Below are positions 27,598 to 38,487 of a stretch of DNA of 64,000 nucleotides, piece after piece. Both the position numbers and the translations under genes were made by a program. Numbering within the stretch: the first letter of the stretch is position 1; the number at the start of each line of letters is the position of its first letter. The notes below the pieces were generated by a model. That model worked only from the letters and a program-made list of their open reading frames with translations. It was not told the origin of the DNA and ran no database searches. Where the stretch lies: positions 32,001-96,000 of the forward strand of contig JAPDJW010000002.1 of the NCBI GenBank assembly GCA_029258885.1, given 5' to 3'. The DNA comes from Thermoproteota archaeon. Its GTDB lineage: Archaea > Thermoproteota > Thermoprotei > Thermofilales > B9-G17.

Positions 27598-30251
27598 ATA
27601 AACTCTATTTTTATTATGTTTCCTTCCTTTACCGTAAGTTCATTCTTGAAGTTAACTATGATGCTGTCCTCCTCAGTCACTGTGCTATAGGGTATCTCCG
27701 AATCATTTATCATTACTTTTGAGGGTTCACCGAATTTTGTGCTGAGCTCTAGGCTCCTAATCTTTAGTATGCCGTGTAGTACTTCTATGGTTAATATCTT
27801 AGCTTGATAATCGTACGTTACCGAGCCCCATGATCCATTTACTACCAGTGGTGCTTTAATTTTCTCGGAGTCTAGTTTAGGTTTAAATACGAGTTTTCCC
27901 GGCTGATAGTTTAAGCCAAATAATGATGTTAAGATAGCCCATGAATCCATAGCTCTATAGTAGTGTCCTCCGCATTCGATGTGGTTCCAGAATAAGCCGC
28001 TCTTTCCGTATCGCTCATAGACGTTCCTTGCTATCTTAAGCCCTTCCTCAATGAATCCCTCCTGTATGAGTAGAGAGGCGACAGAGTATTCGGTTCCAGT
28101 CCATGGAGTATCGGACTGTGAGCATGGTCTCCACTTTATATTTGTCCCGTTTGGATATACTATCTCCCCCATGAAGGAAGGTCTTTCTCCAGATGGATAG
28201 GCTCCATTAATTAATCCCTCCTCAGGCTTGTAGTTGTACTTTAGTATTTCCTTAAGGGAGCTACGTATCATGAATTCCTCCACTAAACGGCCTAAGCGAC
28301 ATAGGTTTGCATACCATTGTCCATTTAACTGATCAGCCATACACATTGAATCCCTTAATCCACTTACTGGATCATACCATAAATCGAAGTATTCACCGTT
28401 CCAGAGCATCTGAATAAATCTTTTCCTGGCCTTTTCATATAATTCTCTAATTTTATCTGCATAGTCCTTCTCTCCCATCATCTCCGCTGTCTTAACTACG
28501 GCCTTTAGAGCTGCTAACCATATCATACATACGTATGAGGAGTAGCCTAGAAAACACCATCCATCGTACGTTTGGAAAGATATAGGCTCATTAACCTTAC
28601 CCATAAGGAGGCTCAGTATATTATGGGATAGATTTATTGAGGCATATGCATCGAATCCTGAGGGCATATAGTGGTAAGGTAGGCCGTAGCCTAGCTCATC
28701 CATAGTCTTAAGAACCGTCTCCACCGATAACTTCACTTTACTCCACATATCCTCTAGGAATTTCCTGTCCCCCGTCCAGAGGTAGTCTCTGTAGACCATT
28801 AGGATAAACTTTGGCATTAAATCGACCATATGGTACGCATCTACCCTTGAGAATGTCTTTGGGAAGAAATGTGGCATTCGACCAGTTGGATCCTTACCGG
28901 TTATCCTAGCTATCCTTTTCAATACTTCGATTCTCCTCTTTTCATCGTATGCTATTGATGGATTCCTCGAAACCTCTTCTTTAAACCTTTCAACATTCTC
29001 CTGGAAGGCGAGCACATACCTACTATACTGTGGCTTACTTGGATCAAGCTGGAACTTTGCGAGCATCCTTATACAAGTTTTTTCAAGCTCGGGGAACATT
29101 AGCACCAGAGGTATTGAGCCATAGTACGCTACATCTAGAGTATTTAAGCCACAACAGCCGGGTCCTCCCTCCCATATGCCGAAGCTTCCATCCTTAGTAT
29201 AGAATGAGTTAGTAACTAGTGTCGTGAGCTGCGATGTAACGGTATCTATTATCCAGTAGTCTAGGGTAGAGCTATATAATATATCATGAAACTTCAGTGT
29301 ACGCTCCCTAAGGTATTTAAGGTTGCTTATAACGTAATCCAGCACGCTAACTGAGGATCTAAACCAGTTCTCATACATGTGGCCCAAATATATTCCATCG
29401 CAGTCTATATGGTTTGGGAAGAACCACGTTAGAATGAATACTATCTTCTCCTCTCCACCAGCCTCTACCTTAACTTTTCTAGCTAATACCCCGTAGATAT
29501 CCTCGCTCGAAGTACCTTCATCGACTCCATCGATATATCCATCGCTCCTGAAATCTATCCACATCTCCCTCATGCGCTCTATCTTCTTAGGCAGAGCGGC
29601 ATGATATGATACACTAGGACCTACTACTGCTAATGTCATCGATCCATTATATGTTCCATGATTTCTCGGGATATTTGCTCCATACATGTGGATATATACT
29701 AGATTCTTGCCCCTAAACGCCTTGTTTACTAGTATTCTGCCGCCATACCCGTATCCGATTGGATTCTTACATGCTGAGAGTATGCTTACTTCAACCTCTA
29801 TATCTGACGTATTCCTTATTTCGAACTCGAAGATAGCGGTTGGTAGGGATGAATTCTTTACATCGCCTGGTATGAAAGGCGTATAGGCTCTAAGCCTTAT
29901 TTCAACCGGAATATTGTCCTTGAATTTGAGCAAGGCTATCGGGTATTCACCGATATACTCTATTTCCTCTATGTTCTTAAGCCACGGCATGTGGTATAGA
30001 TCTCCACCTAAATCGTTCACCCCCAGCCTTAAAATCCTGACATATACTTCGTCCCCCACTTTCACTCTAGCTGCGAAGAAGAAGTCGTCTTGACCCATGC
30101 AGTTTTCCTCGCTCCCACAGCCCCTCCAAGGATTATTGTTGAATATCTGCCACTCATAGAACCTGCCATCAGGTCTAATTTCAAAGTATCCTGTTCCTAA
30201 TCCTCCAAGAGGTATCCCTGATTTAGGTATAATTTTAGAAACGTATTTCAA
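27594..30251 (-). CDS. GH116 family glycoside hydrolase
   Basis: GIPLGGLGTGYFE, FGIWEG, NTLDVAYY, QTYDGW, DQLNGQWY, WTGTEY, WNHIECGGHYYRAM. Confidence 0.9.
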   Translation of the reverse strand: MKYVSKIIPKSGIPLGGLGTGYFEIRPDGRFYEWQIFNNNPWRGCGSEENCMGQDDFFFAARVKVGDEVYVRILRLGVNDLGGDLYHMPWLKNIEEIEYIGEYPIALLKFKDNIPVEIRLRAYTPFIPGDVKNSSLPTAIFEFEIRNTSDIEVEVSILSACKNPIGYGYGGRILVNKAFRGKNLVYIHMYGANIPRNHGTYNGSMTLAVVGPSVSYHAALPKKIERMREMWIDFRSDGYIDGVDEGTSSEDIYGVLARKVKVEAGGEEKIVFILTWFFPNHIDCDGIYLGHMYENWFRSSVSVLDYVISNLKYLRERTLKFHDILYSSTLDYWIIDTVTSQLTTLVTNSFYTKDGSFGIWEGGPGCCGLNTLDVAYYGSIPLVLMFPELEKTCIRMLAKFQLDPSKPQYSRYVLAFQENVERFKEEVSRNPSIAYDEKRRIEVLKRIARITGKDPTGRMPHFFPKTFSRVDAYHMVDLMPKFILMVYRDYLWTGDRKFLEDMWSKVKLSVETVLKTMDELGYGLPYHYMPSGFDAYASINLSHNILSLLMGKVNEPISFQTYDGWCFLGYSSYVCMIWLAALKAVVKTAEMMGEKDYADKIRELYEKARKRFIQMLWNGEYFDLWYDPVSGLRDSMCMADQLNGQWYANLCRLGRLVEEFMIRSSLKEILKYNYKPEEGLINGAYPSGERPSFMGEIVYPNGTNIKWRPCSQSDTPWTGTEYSVASLLIQEGFIEEGLKIARNVYERYGKSGLFWNHIECGGHYYRAMDSWAILTSLFGLNYQPGKLVFKPKLDSEKIKAPLVVNGSWGSVTYDYQAKILTIEVLHGILKIRSLELSTKFGEPSKVMINDSEIPYSTVTEEDSIIVNFKNELTVKEGNIIKIEFI

Positions 30252-30343
30252 TTAATTCACCTAATTTAAGATGGAAAAAGGCATTATTAATCATTAGCAG
30301 TTATGGCCAGGCTAGACGAGTTAACATAGGCTATATATTCATT

Positions 30344-31330
30344 TTACCTACATCCTCTAGCTGCTTTAACTAAAGCCTTAATATTTTCGGGATGCGACCA
30401 TAGTGGTACTTCACAGCCAGCACTTAGAATATGATACCTGCCTCCTCCCCTTTCGATACATTCCCTAGCCTTATTAAACACTATATCCGGGACAGAATTT
30501 ACTAAAAGTCTTGTGTCAATATTGCCTAAAATACATTTATTTGCTAGTATCTTCTTCGCCTCCCTTAAATCCACGTAGCAATCCAGCTGAATTACGTCAA
30601 ATGATAAATTTTTCAAATGCTGTATGATCCTATTCGATCTTCCACACACATGTATTGCTGAATATACACCTCGCCGTTTAATATAAGACAATAGGTTCTC
30701 AACAGCCCTTCGAGCGTAGCGTTCAAATACGACTGGGCCTGCTAATATTAAACAAGGCTCTAAAACCATTATTAGATCCGCTTTACCCCTATCTATAAGT
30801 AGATCTACGTATCCTTTACTATATTCAGAAAGCTTAAAGATATATGTTTTAACGGAAGAAGTTTCTCCATATATTATTTTTCTGAAAACTTTAGCTATAC
30901 CAAATAGTTGACATAAAAAGGTAAAGGGGCCTAAAACATAGCCTCCTATAATTTTCTCGATGGAAAGCTCTTTAGATATCTTAGCTAAGGCTTTTACAAA
31001 TACCTTTATTCTCCCCCTCTCCTCATTAAAGATAGGTTCAGGCGGCTCTGTTAGATGTCCTACTATCGTTGGAAGACTATTCTTAATATCTATCTTTGCT
31101 CCTAAAGCTTCCGCCTCTAATGTGGTGTCCATGTAATGAAAAACTATATCAATATCATAGAATTTAGCAGCTTTAATCTGCAAACGAGCCATAAGCTCAG
31201 GATTTCTATAGGCCTCCTTAACAGATTCTCTATAAAGCATAGCTGAATGAGCACCTATGAGTGGAGCAACCGGAGTGTTAACCGGAATTTCGCCATTAAT
31301 CGCCTGTTCAACTAATTTTCTCCTGTTCAT
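30344..31330 (-). CDS. Uroporphyrinogen decarboxylase family (MtaA/CmuA-like) protein
   Basis: EAEALGA, GPFT, IHVCG and SAGCEVP zinc ligands, GNID, ENIKALV. Confidence 0.85.
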   Translation of the reverse strand: MNRRKLVEQAINGEIPVNTPVAPLIGAHSAMLYRESVKEAYRNPELMARLQIKAAKFYDIDIVFHYMDTTLEAEALGAKIDIKNSLPTIVGHLTEPPEPIFNEERGRIKVFVKALAKISKELSIEKIIGGYVLGPFTFLCQLFGIAKVFRKIIYGETSSVKTYIFKLSEYSKGYVDLLIDRGKADLIMVLEPCLILAGPVVFERYARRAVENLLSYIKRRGVYSAIHVCGRSNRIIQHLKNLSFDVIQLDCYVDLREAKKILANKCILGNIDTRLLVNSVPDIVFNKARECIERGGGRYHILSAGCEVPLWSHPENIKALVKAARGCR

Positions 31331-31443
31331 TCCATCACTATCTAATACCTGCTTCTATACTATAGCCTCCCTATATTATGCAATACGTAATAACTTGGAA
31401 AATAAATAATTTAGTGATGTTACTTGTTATCCAAGGTACTTAG

Positions 31444-32406
31444 GTGTTTTATATGCCCTTAAGTATACGTTTAGCAACTCTGAATGATGCAGAAGGTATA
31501 ACGGAAGTACATTGCTCGGATGTTAATAGATGGTATAAAATAGTTAATGGCAGGAAGGTTGAGGCTAAATATGATGAATTGACGGTAGAGGATCGTTTCA
31601 GGCATGGAGGGCCTTGGATGAGCGTTGAGACCTGCGCAATTCACCTTAACTATATGCTTACATCAGGTCAGTATCCGATTATAGCTGAGCTTAACGGAAA
31701 AATAGTTGGTGAATTAGAGCTCTATATTGGTGAAGATAGAGGAGTTTTAGGTAAAACGGAATTCATAGACATACTTTACGTCCACAGGGACTTTAGGAGG
31801 AGGGGTATAGGTAGAATGTTGATAGCTAAAGCTCAGGAGATAGCCGTCAGCGAGGGATGTGATACCTTAAGCGTATGGCCTGAAGAGGATGCGATACCAT
31901 TCTATAGGAAATGTGGCTTAGATAAAGTAGCTTATAGGATAGTTAATCTAAGCATAGACTTGAAGAAAATAGAGAAGGTACACGCCGAATACGAGGTACT
32001 GCCCTTTCCAAGCAGATACGATATGCTCAGAGACTTTCATTTAATAACTCCCAGAATATATTCCTCATTTGCCGCTTGGCTTAAAAGCAGATGGGAGATA
32101 GCGTTGAGAAGCTTTAAGATTAAGTTCTTTGAAGGCTACTCCGCCTATCCCGAATCGACTTTTATAATTGAATGTTGGCGTGAAGATAAGGTAGCTAGCA
32201 TATATTTGTGGCTTAAAGATGAAAGCTATATCCTAGACATGCTATGCTGGCTTCTATGGAAAGCCAAGAATATGGGATTTATGAAAGCATGTATCTTGAT
32301 AAACGATCATGTCTATAATTACATTAAAAACAAATTACCTGTCAACATGCTTGGAAATGAAGTAATATTGATGATGAAAATCAAAGAAAAGGGGATATCA
32401 CTATAG
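31444..32406 (+). CDS. GNAT family N-acetyltransferase
   Basis: LYVHRDFRRRGIGRML, AIPFYRKCG. Confidence 0.85.
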   Translation: MFYMPLSIRLATLNDAEGITEVHCSDVNRWYKIVNGRKVEAKYDELTVEDRFRHGGPWMSVETCAIHLNYMLTSGQYPIIAELNGKIVGELELYIGEDRGVLGKTEFIDILYVHRDFRRRGIGRMLIAKAQEIAVSEGCDTLSVWPEEDAIPFYRKCGLDKVAYRIVNLSIDLKKIEKVHAEYEVLPFPSRYDMLRDFHLITPRIYSSFAAWLKSRWEIALRSFKIKFFEGYSAYPESTFIIECWREDKVASIYLWLKDESYILDMLCWLLWKAKNMGFMKACILINDHVYNYIKNKLPVNMLGNEVILMMKIKEKGISL

Positions 32407-33168
32407 TTGATGAGATTTTGGATTTATGTGAAATCTCCTATGTAGTCTTCTTAGGAATCTTCTTGTTCTCTCATGTTTCGGGTTATAGAATATCTCGTGC
32501 GCGTTTCCCTGCTCAATTATTACTCCATTGTCCATAAAGATTGCTTTATCAGCAACTTCCTCCGCAAAGTCGAGTTCATGGGTTACTATCATCATTGTTA
32601 TGCCTCGCTTAGCTATTATCCTAAGAGTCTCTAGAACCTCGTCAACTAGCTCTGGGTCTAGGGCTGAGGTTGGCTCGTCTAGTAGGAGGAGCATTGGATC
32701 CATGGCTAATGCTCTGGCTATAGCTGCCCTCTGCTGTTCTCCCCCGCTTATCAATAAGGGATATTTATTGGCTTTATCCTCCAGGCCTACGACTCTCAAC
32801 ATCTCCATAGCTTTTTCAACCGCCTTCTCCCTCGGGTACTTTTTAACTATTGTTAGCGGCAACGTTATGTTCTCCAATACCGTTAGATGTGGAAATAGGT
32901 TGTAGCTTTGAAATACGAAGCCTATTTTCTGCCTTATGCTCCTTATATCCGTGTTTGGATCATTTACCCTAATATTGTTGAAATATATCTCACCCCTATA
33001 GGGTTTAACAAGTAATGGTATGCTTCTAAGCAACGTGGATTTCCCCGAGCCGCTTGGTCCCATTATAACTACCTTCTCCCCCCTATTTATGCTAAGGTTT
33101 ATTCCCCTCAAGACAGGCGTGCTATCATATTTAACGTGTAAATCTACGATCCTCAGTATTTCGCTCAC
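32401..33168 (-). CDS. Polar amino acid ABC ATP-binding protein (GlnQ-like)
   Basis: GPSGSGKST, FQSYNLFPH, ISGGEQQR, DEPTSALDPEL. Confidence 0.93.
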   Translation of the reverse strand: MSEILRIVDLHVKYDSTPVLRGINLSINRGEKVVIMGPSGSGKSTLLRSIPLLVKPYRGEIYFNNIRVNDPNTDIRSIRQKIGFVFQSYNLFPHLTVLENITLPLTIVKKYPREKAVEKAMEMLRVVGLEDKANKYPLLISGGEQQRAAIARALAMDPMLLLLDEPTSALDPELVDEVLETLRIIAKRGITMMIVTHELDFAEEVADKAIFMDNGVIIEQGNAHEIFYNPKHERTRRFLRRLHRRFHINPKSHQL

Positions 33169-33848
33169 CTCAATCCACCCATATATCCCGGTATACTTAT
33201 CTTAGCCTCAAGGATTTTGGAGAGCTTAGAACAAGCTAAACAAACTATTAAGTAGATTAAAGCTACCGCCATATATACCTCGAACACCCTAAAAGTTGTT
33301 GCAACGAGATATCTTCCCCTCTTAGTCAGCTCCACCAGGCCTATTACGGAAGCTAGTGAACTATCCTTAATTAACGCTACCACCTCATTTACTAGTGCAG
33401 GCACAGCGTTCCTAAGTGCCTGCGGCAGGATAACGTACCTATATATTTGTATTCGACTCATGCCTAGAGATTCAGCTGACATATATTGGCTTTTAGGTAT
33501 AGCATTTATTGAAGCTCTAAGTATCTCAGCTTGGTATGCTGCAGAGTTTAACCCCAAGGCTAGTATACTTGCAGTTAGTGGATCAAACCTTATCCCTAGG
33601 TAGGGTAGGCCAAAATATATTATGAATATCTGAACGAGCAATGGAGTTCCCCTGAAGAACTCTATGTACGATAAGGCGAACATCGACCAGGGTCTATCTA
33701 AAAATACTCTAACCAACGTCAGTATACTGCCTAGAGCCATGCCCAGTATGAAAGCGAGGATACTTACCTCTAGAGTTAATTGGAGGCCAAAAAGTAGGAA
33801 TGGAATGATATTTAGAAAAAAGTTTAAGGTATCAACTAGATAAGTCAA
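33165..33848 (-). CDS. Polar amino acid ABC permease
   Basis: FRGTPLLVQ, NSAAYQAEILR, KDSSLAS. Confidence 0.93.
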   Translation of the reverse strand: MTYLVDTLNFFLNIIPFLLFGLQLTLEVSILAFILGMALGSILTLVRVFLDRPWSMFALSYIEFFRGTPLLVQIFIIYFGLPYLGIRFDPLTASILALGLNSAAYQAEILRASINAIPKSQYMSAESLGMSRIQIYRYVILPQALRNAVPALVNEVVALIKDSSLASVIGLVELTKRGRYLVATTFRVFEVYMAVALIYLIVCLACSKLSKILEAKISIPGYMGGLR

Positions 33849-33871
33849 TGCAGTCCACCCTGTTTACAGCC

Positions 33872-34684
33872 CTAGCTCTTTACGCCAATGAACTCCTCAA
33901 CCTCGGCTTCAACTATCTGCTTCAGCTTACCAGTCTCGAGAAGCTCCTTAATAACCTGGTTTACTATAAACTTTAGATCCTCAGCCCCCTGAGGCACAGC
34001 TATTGCCGCATACTCAGTTGTTTCGGGTACCTCTATAGCTATCTTCAGGTCGTTATCCATGCTTACAATTACGTCGGCTACGAACTTACCTATCAGTATT
34101 GCCTTCAACTCGCCCTTCTTAAGCTCCAGAACCATCTCCGGAAATACTCTTTCGTATGAAACTATTGTACAGTTGCCCGCCAACACGCTGTTGGCCCACT
34201 CCTCCTGCGTTGTTCCTGTCTGAACGCCTATCTTCTCGCCGTATAAATCCTCGATAGATTTAACGTCGCTTGAGGACAATGTAACGAATACGAAGTAGTC
34301 TATGAAATACGGCATTGAAAAATCGACCTCGAGTTCACGCTCAGGAGTTATAGCCATGTCAGCTATAATGATATCTATTTGACCTCCTTTGAGGGCTGCT
34401 ATTAGCGAATCAAAGCCCATATCCTTGATTTCAAGCTCTACTCCCATCTTTTTAGCTATCTCTTTAGCAATCTCAATGTCTATGCCAGCGTATCTACCGC
34501 TACTATCAATATACTCGAAAGGCGGCCAGTCAGCCGAGGTGCCGACTATGATTTTACCCCTCTCCTTAATTTTCTCCACTAGAGACTTTTCGCTGGGGCT
34601 TAGGAGTAGATTGTTAACGACTAAAAAAGCTACAATAGCAACCACTATAATACCTAAAATAATCTTTATCTTCATCCGCATCAC
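33872..34684 (-). CDS. Polar amino acid ABC substrate-binding protein
   Basis: GTSADWPPFEY, GIDIEIA, FDSLIAALKGG, VQTGTTQE. Confidence 0.92.
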   Translation of the reverse strand: MMRMKIKIILGIIVVAIVAFLVVNNLLLSPSEKSLVEKIKERGKIIVGTSADWPPFEYIDSSGRYAGIDIEIAKEIAKKMGVELEIKDMGFDSLIAALKGGQIDIIIADMAITPERELEVDFSMPYFIDYFVFVTLSSSDVKSIEDLYGEKIGVQTGTTQEEWANSVLAGNCTIVSYERVFPEMVLELKKGELKAILIGKFVADVIVSMDNDLKIAIEVPETTEYAAIAVPQGAEDLKFIVNQVIKELLETGKLKQIVEAEVEEFIGVKS

Positions 34685-34853
34685 CTCTAAATATTCTCAA
34701 CTTTAAATCAATATCTGCTTAATAAATTTTATCATAATGACTATTTAGTTAAAGCATCATTTAGGAAAGGAGATGGCTTGTTAGACGTTCTAAAGTATTG
34801 GAATATGCATAACAGAGAGTATACCCCAGTTCTTTACAATTGTAAAATATTAA

Positions 34854-35741
34854 CTACTGTCTCCATCCCTCCACCAAGTGTACTCCGTTACAGGTGACAT
34901 CCCTATCGTGAAGCTCCGGAAAACCCTCCCTACAAGTTGCGAAAGTTAATCCGTATTCGTGTGCAATCTCTCTTACCGTCTTAAGAATCCGCCTCCTAAT
35001 CTTCCTGGGGAGATATAATGCACCATGTATCCTTTCGCCCTCCTCAATGTACAGCGTTTTATACTTATCCCTTAACTCGGGAAACATCGCCAGTACTCTC
35101 CTTAAGCTATCGGGCTTAGCCTTATAAGTTGAAGTAACTACGTGTTTCACTCCAGCCCCCGCAGCCTCCTCTATAACTCTTCTAATTGAATCTATGTTGT
35201 CGTTTAGCCCGGGCAGTATTGGATCAAGCCTCAACACTGTTGGTACACCTGCACCGCCTACGGCTTTTAATGCCTTTATCCTCTCTATAGGTTTAGGTGC
35301 GTTTGGCTCGAGCCTCTCCGCCACCTTTAAGTCCATAGTTGTTATAGTCATTTGAACAAGGGATTTACTCTTTGAAATTATATCTAGGTCTCTGACTACA
35401 AGGCTTGACTTAGTTACTATCTCAAGTATGTAGTCTTTAACTAGTATTGCTAGTAGCCTCCTTGTGAGCATTAATCTATCTTCGGGCGGTGTATATGGAT
35501 CGCTACTAGATGACACGTTTATTATCGACCCTTTAGGTATCCTCCTTAAGTCCCTTTCAGCCCTAGCTATTAAATCCCTTTTTGGTCTAGGGTTAAATGC
35601 ATCCTTAATATAGGCGGTTATATAGCAGTATATACAGCGATGCCCGCATCCAGTATACGGGTTAACAGTATACTTAAATGGACACGTGCATAAGCTGCCA
35701 GTTCTCCATGGATCAAACGGTCTAATTACCTGTAAGCTCAT
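34854..35741 (-). CDS. Radical SAM protein (SPL-like family)
   Basis: NPYTGCGHRCIYCY, SSSSDPY, RLDPILPGLND, FATCREG. Confidence 0.88.
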   Translation of the reverse strand: MSLQVIRPFDPWRTGSLCTCPFKYTVNPYTGCGHRCIYCYITAYIKDAFNPRPKRDLIARAERDLRRIPKGSIINVSSSSDPYTPPEDRLMLTRRLLAILVKDYILEIVTKSSLVVRDLDIISKSKSLVQMTITTMDLKVAERLEPNAPKPIERIKALKAVGGAGVPTVLRLDPILPGLNDNIDSIRRVIEEAAGAGVKHVVTSTYKAKPDSLRRVLAMFPELRDKYKTLYIEEGERIHGALYLPRKIRRRILKTVREIAHEYGLTFATCREGFPELHDRDVTCNGVHLVEGWRQ

Positions 35742-35773
35742 ATGCTGTTATAAATAAAAATTGGATTATTATT

Positions 35774-36409
35774 CTAATCGCTGAAGTCTATATCTATATC
35801 CACGTCCCAGTCTATTTCTTCACGTTTCTGCATAGCTCCTAGCGCTCTTTTCAGTTCATCCGTTATGATTTTACAGTAGGCTCCTCTATATCTGTAGTAT
35901 TGTATATAGAGGTTTCTCAGCCAATTCGCCTGCTGACTGTAAAGGTATATGTTCTGGCAGACTGGCTTTGAAGCTTTATTTTGATAGAATAATCCCCTAT
36001 TAGCTAGGTCATATACAAATATTCTTGAAATCATGTACTTAGTTGGATGCTCCACCTCTATGTTTCTTACTAGTGCATCGTACATGGTGATCCATCTACC
36101 AGGGTATAGCCTCCCAATCTTATATGATAGATAACCGTATCTTCTCGGATCAAAGTTCTTCTGTTTAACGACGGCTAAGGTATTTCTCTTAAATATCCTG
36201 CCTCTCTTCGTAGGTACTACCCTTATAACTCCTCTATGCTCCATATAGGCGAAGGTTGAAACAGCCATGGCTTCAAGCATCTTATCATGTTTAATCTTAA
36301 TTCCACTGCAGGGTGACTTAAAACCGCCAATGGACGCTTTCTGAGCAAAAAACTCAGGGAACAAAAACACTAGGCCAGCCGGAGATAGAGTTAATCCCAT
36401 TATATTCAA
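35774..36409 (-). CDS. Hypothetical protein, tandem paralogue A
   Basis: 211-aa ORF collinear with 36550..37140 (LSPAGLV...F...YxEY/H...YDLAxxGLFY). Confidence 0.75.
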   Translation of the reverse strand: MNIMGLTLSPAGLVFLFPEFFAQKASIGGFKSPCSGIKIKHDKMLEAMAVSTFAYMEHRGVIRVVPTKRGRIFKRNTLAVVKQKNFDPRRYGYLSYKIGRLYPGRWITMYDALVRNIEVEHPTKYMISRIFVYDLANRGLFYQNKASKPVCQNIYLYSQQANWLRNLYIQYYRYRGAYCKIITDELKRALGAMQKREEIDWDVDIDIDFSD

Positions 36410-36549
36410 CTCAGGAGAAAGTTGATATTAGATCTATAAAAACTTATTGCATGAGAAAGATGTTGTAAGCATCAAAGATAATAAAAAATAATTTGTTTTC
36501 GATAGTAGGCTTAATATCTGTTACGTTTTAACTCTAAATAGATCCGCAT

Positions 36550-37140
36550 CTATCTTAGAAAAGCAGGTAATTTCTCCATATTTTTCACTACCTGCTTTAC
36601 CTCTTTTACTACTACTTTACATTCCTCATCCTTCTCTTCCATATATGATGTTAATAGCTTCCTTAACCATAGTGCTTGCTCTTTAAATGATTTTATTAAC
36701 TTGCATTTAGGCAAATCTGGGGAATCCCTGTAAAATAATCCTTTCCCAGCAAGGTCGTATTCGAATACGCTTGTTACGAAGTATCTTTTTGCATCGTGAA
36801 CCTTAACTTTTTCATAGAGTGAACTGTATACGGATATCTGCTTATTTATCGGTATTTTCCATATTTTTCTTGTTAAAAAACCGTATTCATTAGGATTAAA
36901 ACCTGATTTTTTAAGTATATACGCTTTTTTACCTCTAAATGTCCTTTTTGATACAACCAGTTCCGCTACTGAGTTATATTCCAGATATGCATAGGTAGAT
37001 AGTATCATAGATTCCAGAAGCTCGTTATAGTTTACTCTAACCGAAAAGCATGGATATATAAAGCCATTAAAGTTGAGTCTTTGTGAAAAATATATAGGAT
37101 ATATGTACACTAAACCCGCAGGAGATAATTTTAGTTTCAT
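36550..37140 (-). CDS. Hypothetical protein, tandem paralogue B
   Basis: 196-aa ORF similar to the adjacent paralogue. Confidence 0.75.
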   Translation of the reverse strand: MKLKLSPAGLVYIYPIYFSQRLNFNGFIYPCFSVRVNYNELLESMILSTYAYLEYNSVAELVVSKRTFRGKKAYILKKSGFNPNEYGFLTRKIWKIPINKQISVYSSLYEKVKVHDAKRYFVTSVFEYDLAGKGLFYRDSPDLPKCKLIKSFKEQALWLRKLLTSYMEEKDEECKVVVKEVKQVVKNMEKLPAFLR

Positions 37141-37410
37141 TCTACCAGCTCATTGTATTTTAACAACATACACATCTAATATATAAATTTATTCCTTAAA
37201 ATGATTACCTTAAGTAGTTTTCCAATTGAATATTTGCAAGGTGAAATAAAAATTCTTCTTTCAAATATCGCTTAGATAATTCCTAGTTATTAATTATAAC
37301 TAAGCGTTATTCATATAACTAATACATTACTGCGCTTTAATTTGTAAATATATTCCTGGCACAGAAGTAAGCTAGAATAGGTTTAATATTTCAGAGAGCA
37401 CTAAGTTACA

Positions 37411-38487
37411 TTGATGAAGAATAGATTAATTGATTTACCTAATGTTAGGCTTACGCCTCTTCAGGAGAGGCTTAGAGAGGATAAGACTAGGTGTCTTGTT
37501 TGTGAAAGACGTTGTGTGGTTGATAGTGGTTATTACGGCTTCTGTGGCACTAAGGTTAATATCGATGGTAAACTTTACACAATAGTTTATGGCGATCTTT
37601 CGGCGCTTGAGTCTAGGCCTATTGAAATTAAGCCTTTTTTCCACTTTTGGCCTGGCTCTACTGCCCTCACATTTAGCACTTGGTCGTGTAATTTTACTTG
37701 TCCTTGGTGTCAGAACTGGCATTTATCTAGAGTTAAACCCGATCCCTTTAATGCCAACTATGTTCCTCCCGAGAAGATTGTTGAGAAGGCTTTAGGTAGG
37801 GATGAGGGTACATGCGTCTCCTTCAATGAGCCCCTACTATTGTTTGAATACTCTCTCGATGTGTTTAGGCTTGCTAGGAGTAAGGGGCTCTATAACACTT
37901 ATGTTAGCAACGGCTATATGACACTTGAAGCGCTACGCATGCTAAAGGATGCTGGTCTGGATGGTCTTAAGATAGATGTTAAGGGTGGTCGGGAGGAGTA
38001 TATCAAGTATAACTCCGCTAACGTTGATGTTGTCTGGAGGAATGCTAGGGAGGCTCTCAGAATGGGTATTCACGTTGAAATAGTGTATTTAATGGTTACT
38101 AATGCCACCGATAGAGAGGAGGTTGTTGTTGAGACTATTGAACGCCATTTAAGTGAACTAGGACCCGAGACTCCGATACACTTCACCAGATATTATCCCG
38201 CATATAGGTTCCATGAGCCTCCGACTAGTGTTGATAAGCTTGAGTGGGCCTATGAGACGGCTAGAAAAATGGGGGTGTATTATCCATATATTGGTAATGT
38301 CCCGGGGCATAGGTACGAGAATACCTACTGCCCTGAATGCGGCGAGGTTTTGATAAAGAGGTATGGTATGTGGGTTACTAAATACAGAATTACTGAGGAT
38401 AAAAAGTGTCCTAGGTGCGGCTTCAGGATAAACATAAGGGGAAAGTATGTAAAAAAGTCTAAATTGAGAATATTTTTTGGATTTTAG
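37411..38487 (+). CDS. AmmeMemoRadiSam-type (PflA-like) radical SAM enzyme
   Basis: CLVCERRC, RPIEIKPFFHF, CNFTCPWCQNW, FNEP, HFTRYYP, CPECG/CPRCG. Confidence 0.88.
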   Translation: MMKNRLIDLPNVRLTPLQERLREDKTRCLVCERRCVVDSGYYGFCGTKVNIDGKLYTIVYGDLSALESRPIEIKPFFHFWPGSTALTFSTWSCNFTCPWCQNWHLSRVKPDPFNANYVPPEKIVEKALGRDEGTCVSFNEPLLLFEYSLDVFRLARSKGLYNTYVSNGYMTLEALRMLKDAGLDGLKIDVKGGREEYIKYNSANVDVVWRNAREALRMGIHVEIVYLMVTNATDREEVVVETIERHLSELGPETPIHFTRYYPAYRFHEPPTSVDKLEWAYETARKMGVYYPYIGNVPGHRYENTYCPECGEVLIKRYGMWVTKYRITEDKKCPRCGFRINIRGKYVKKSKLRIFFGF

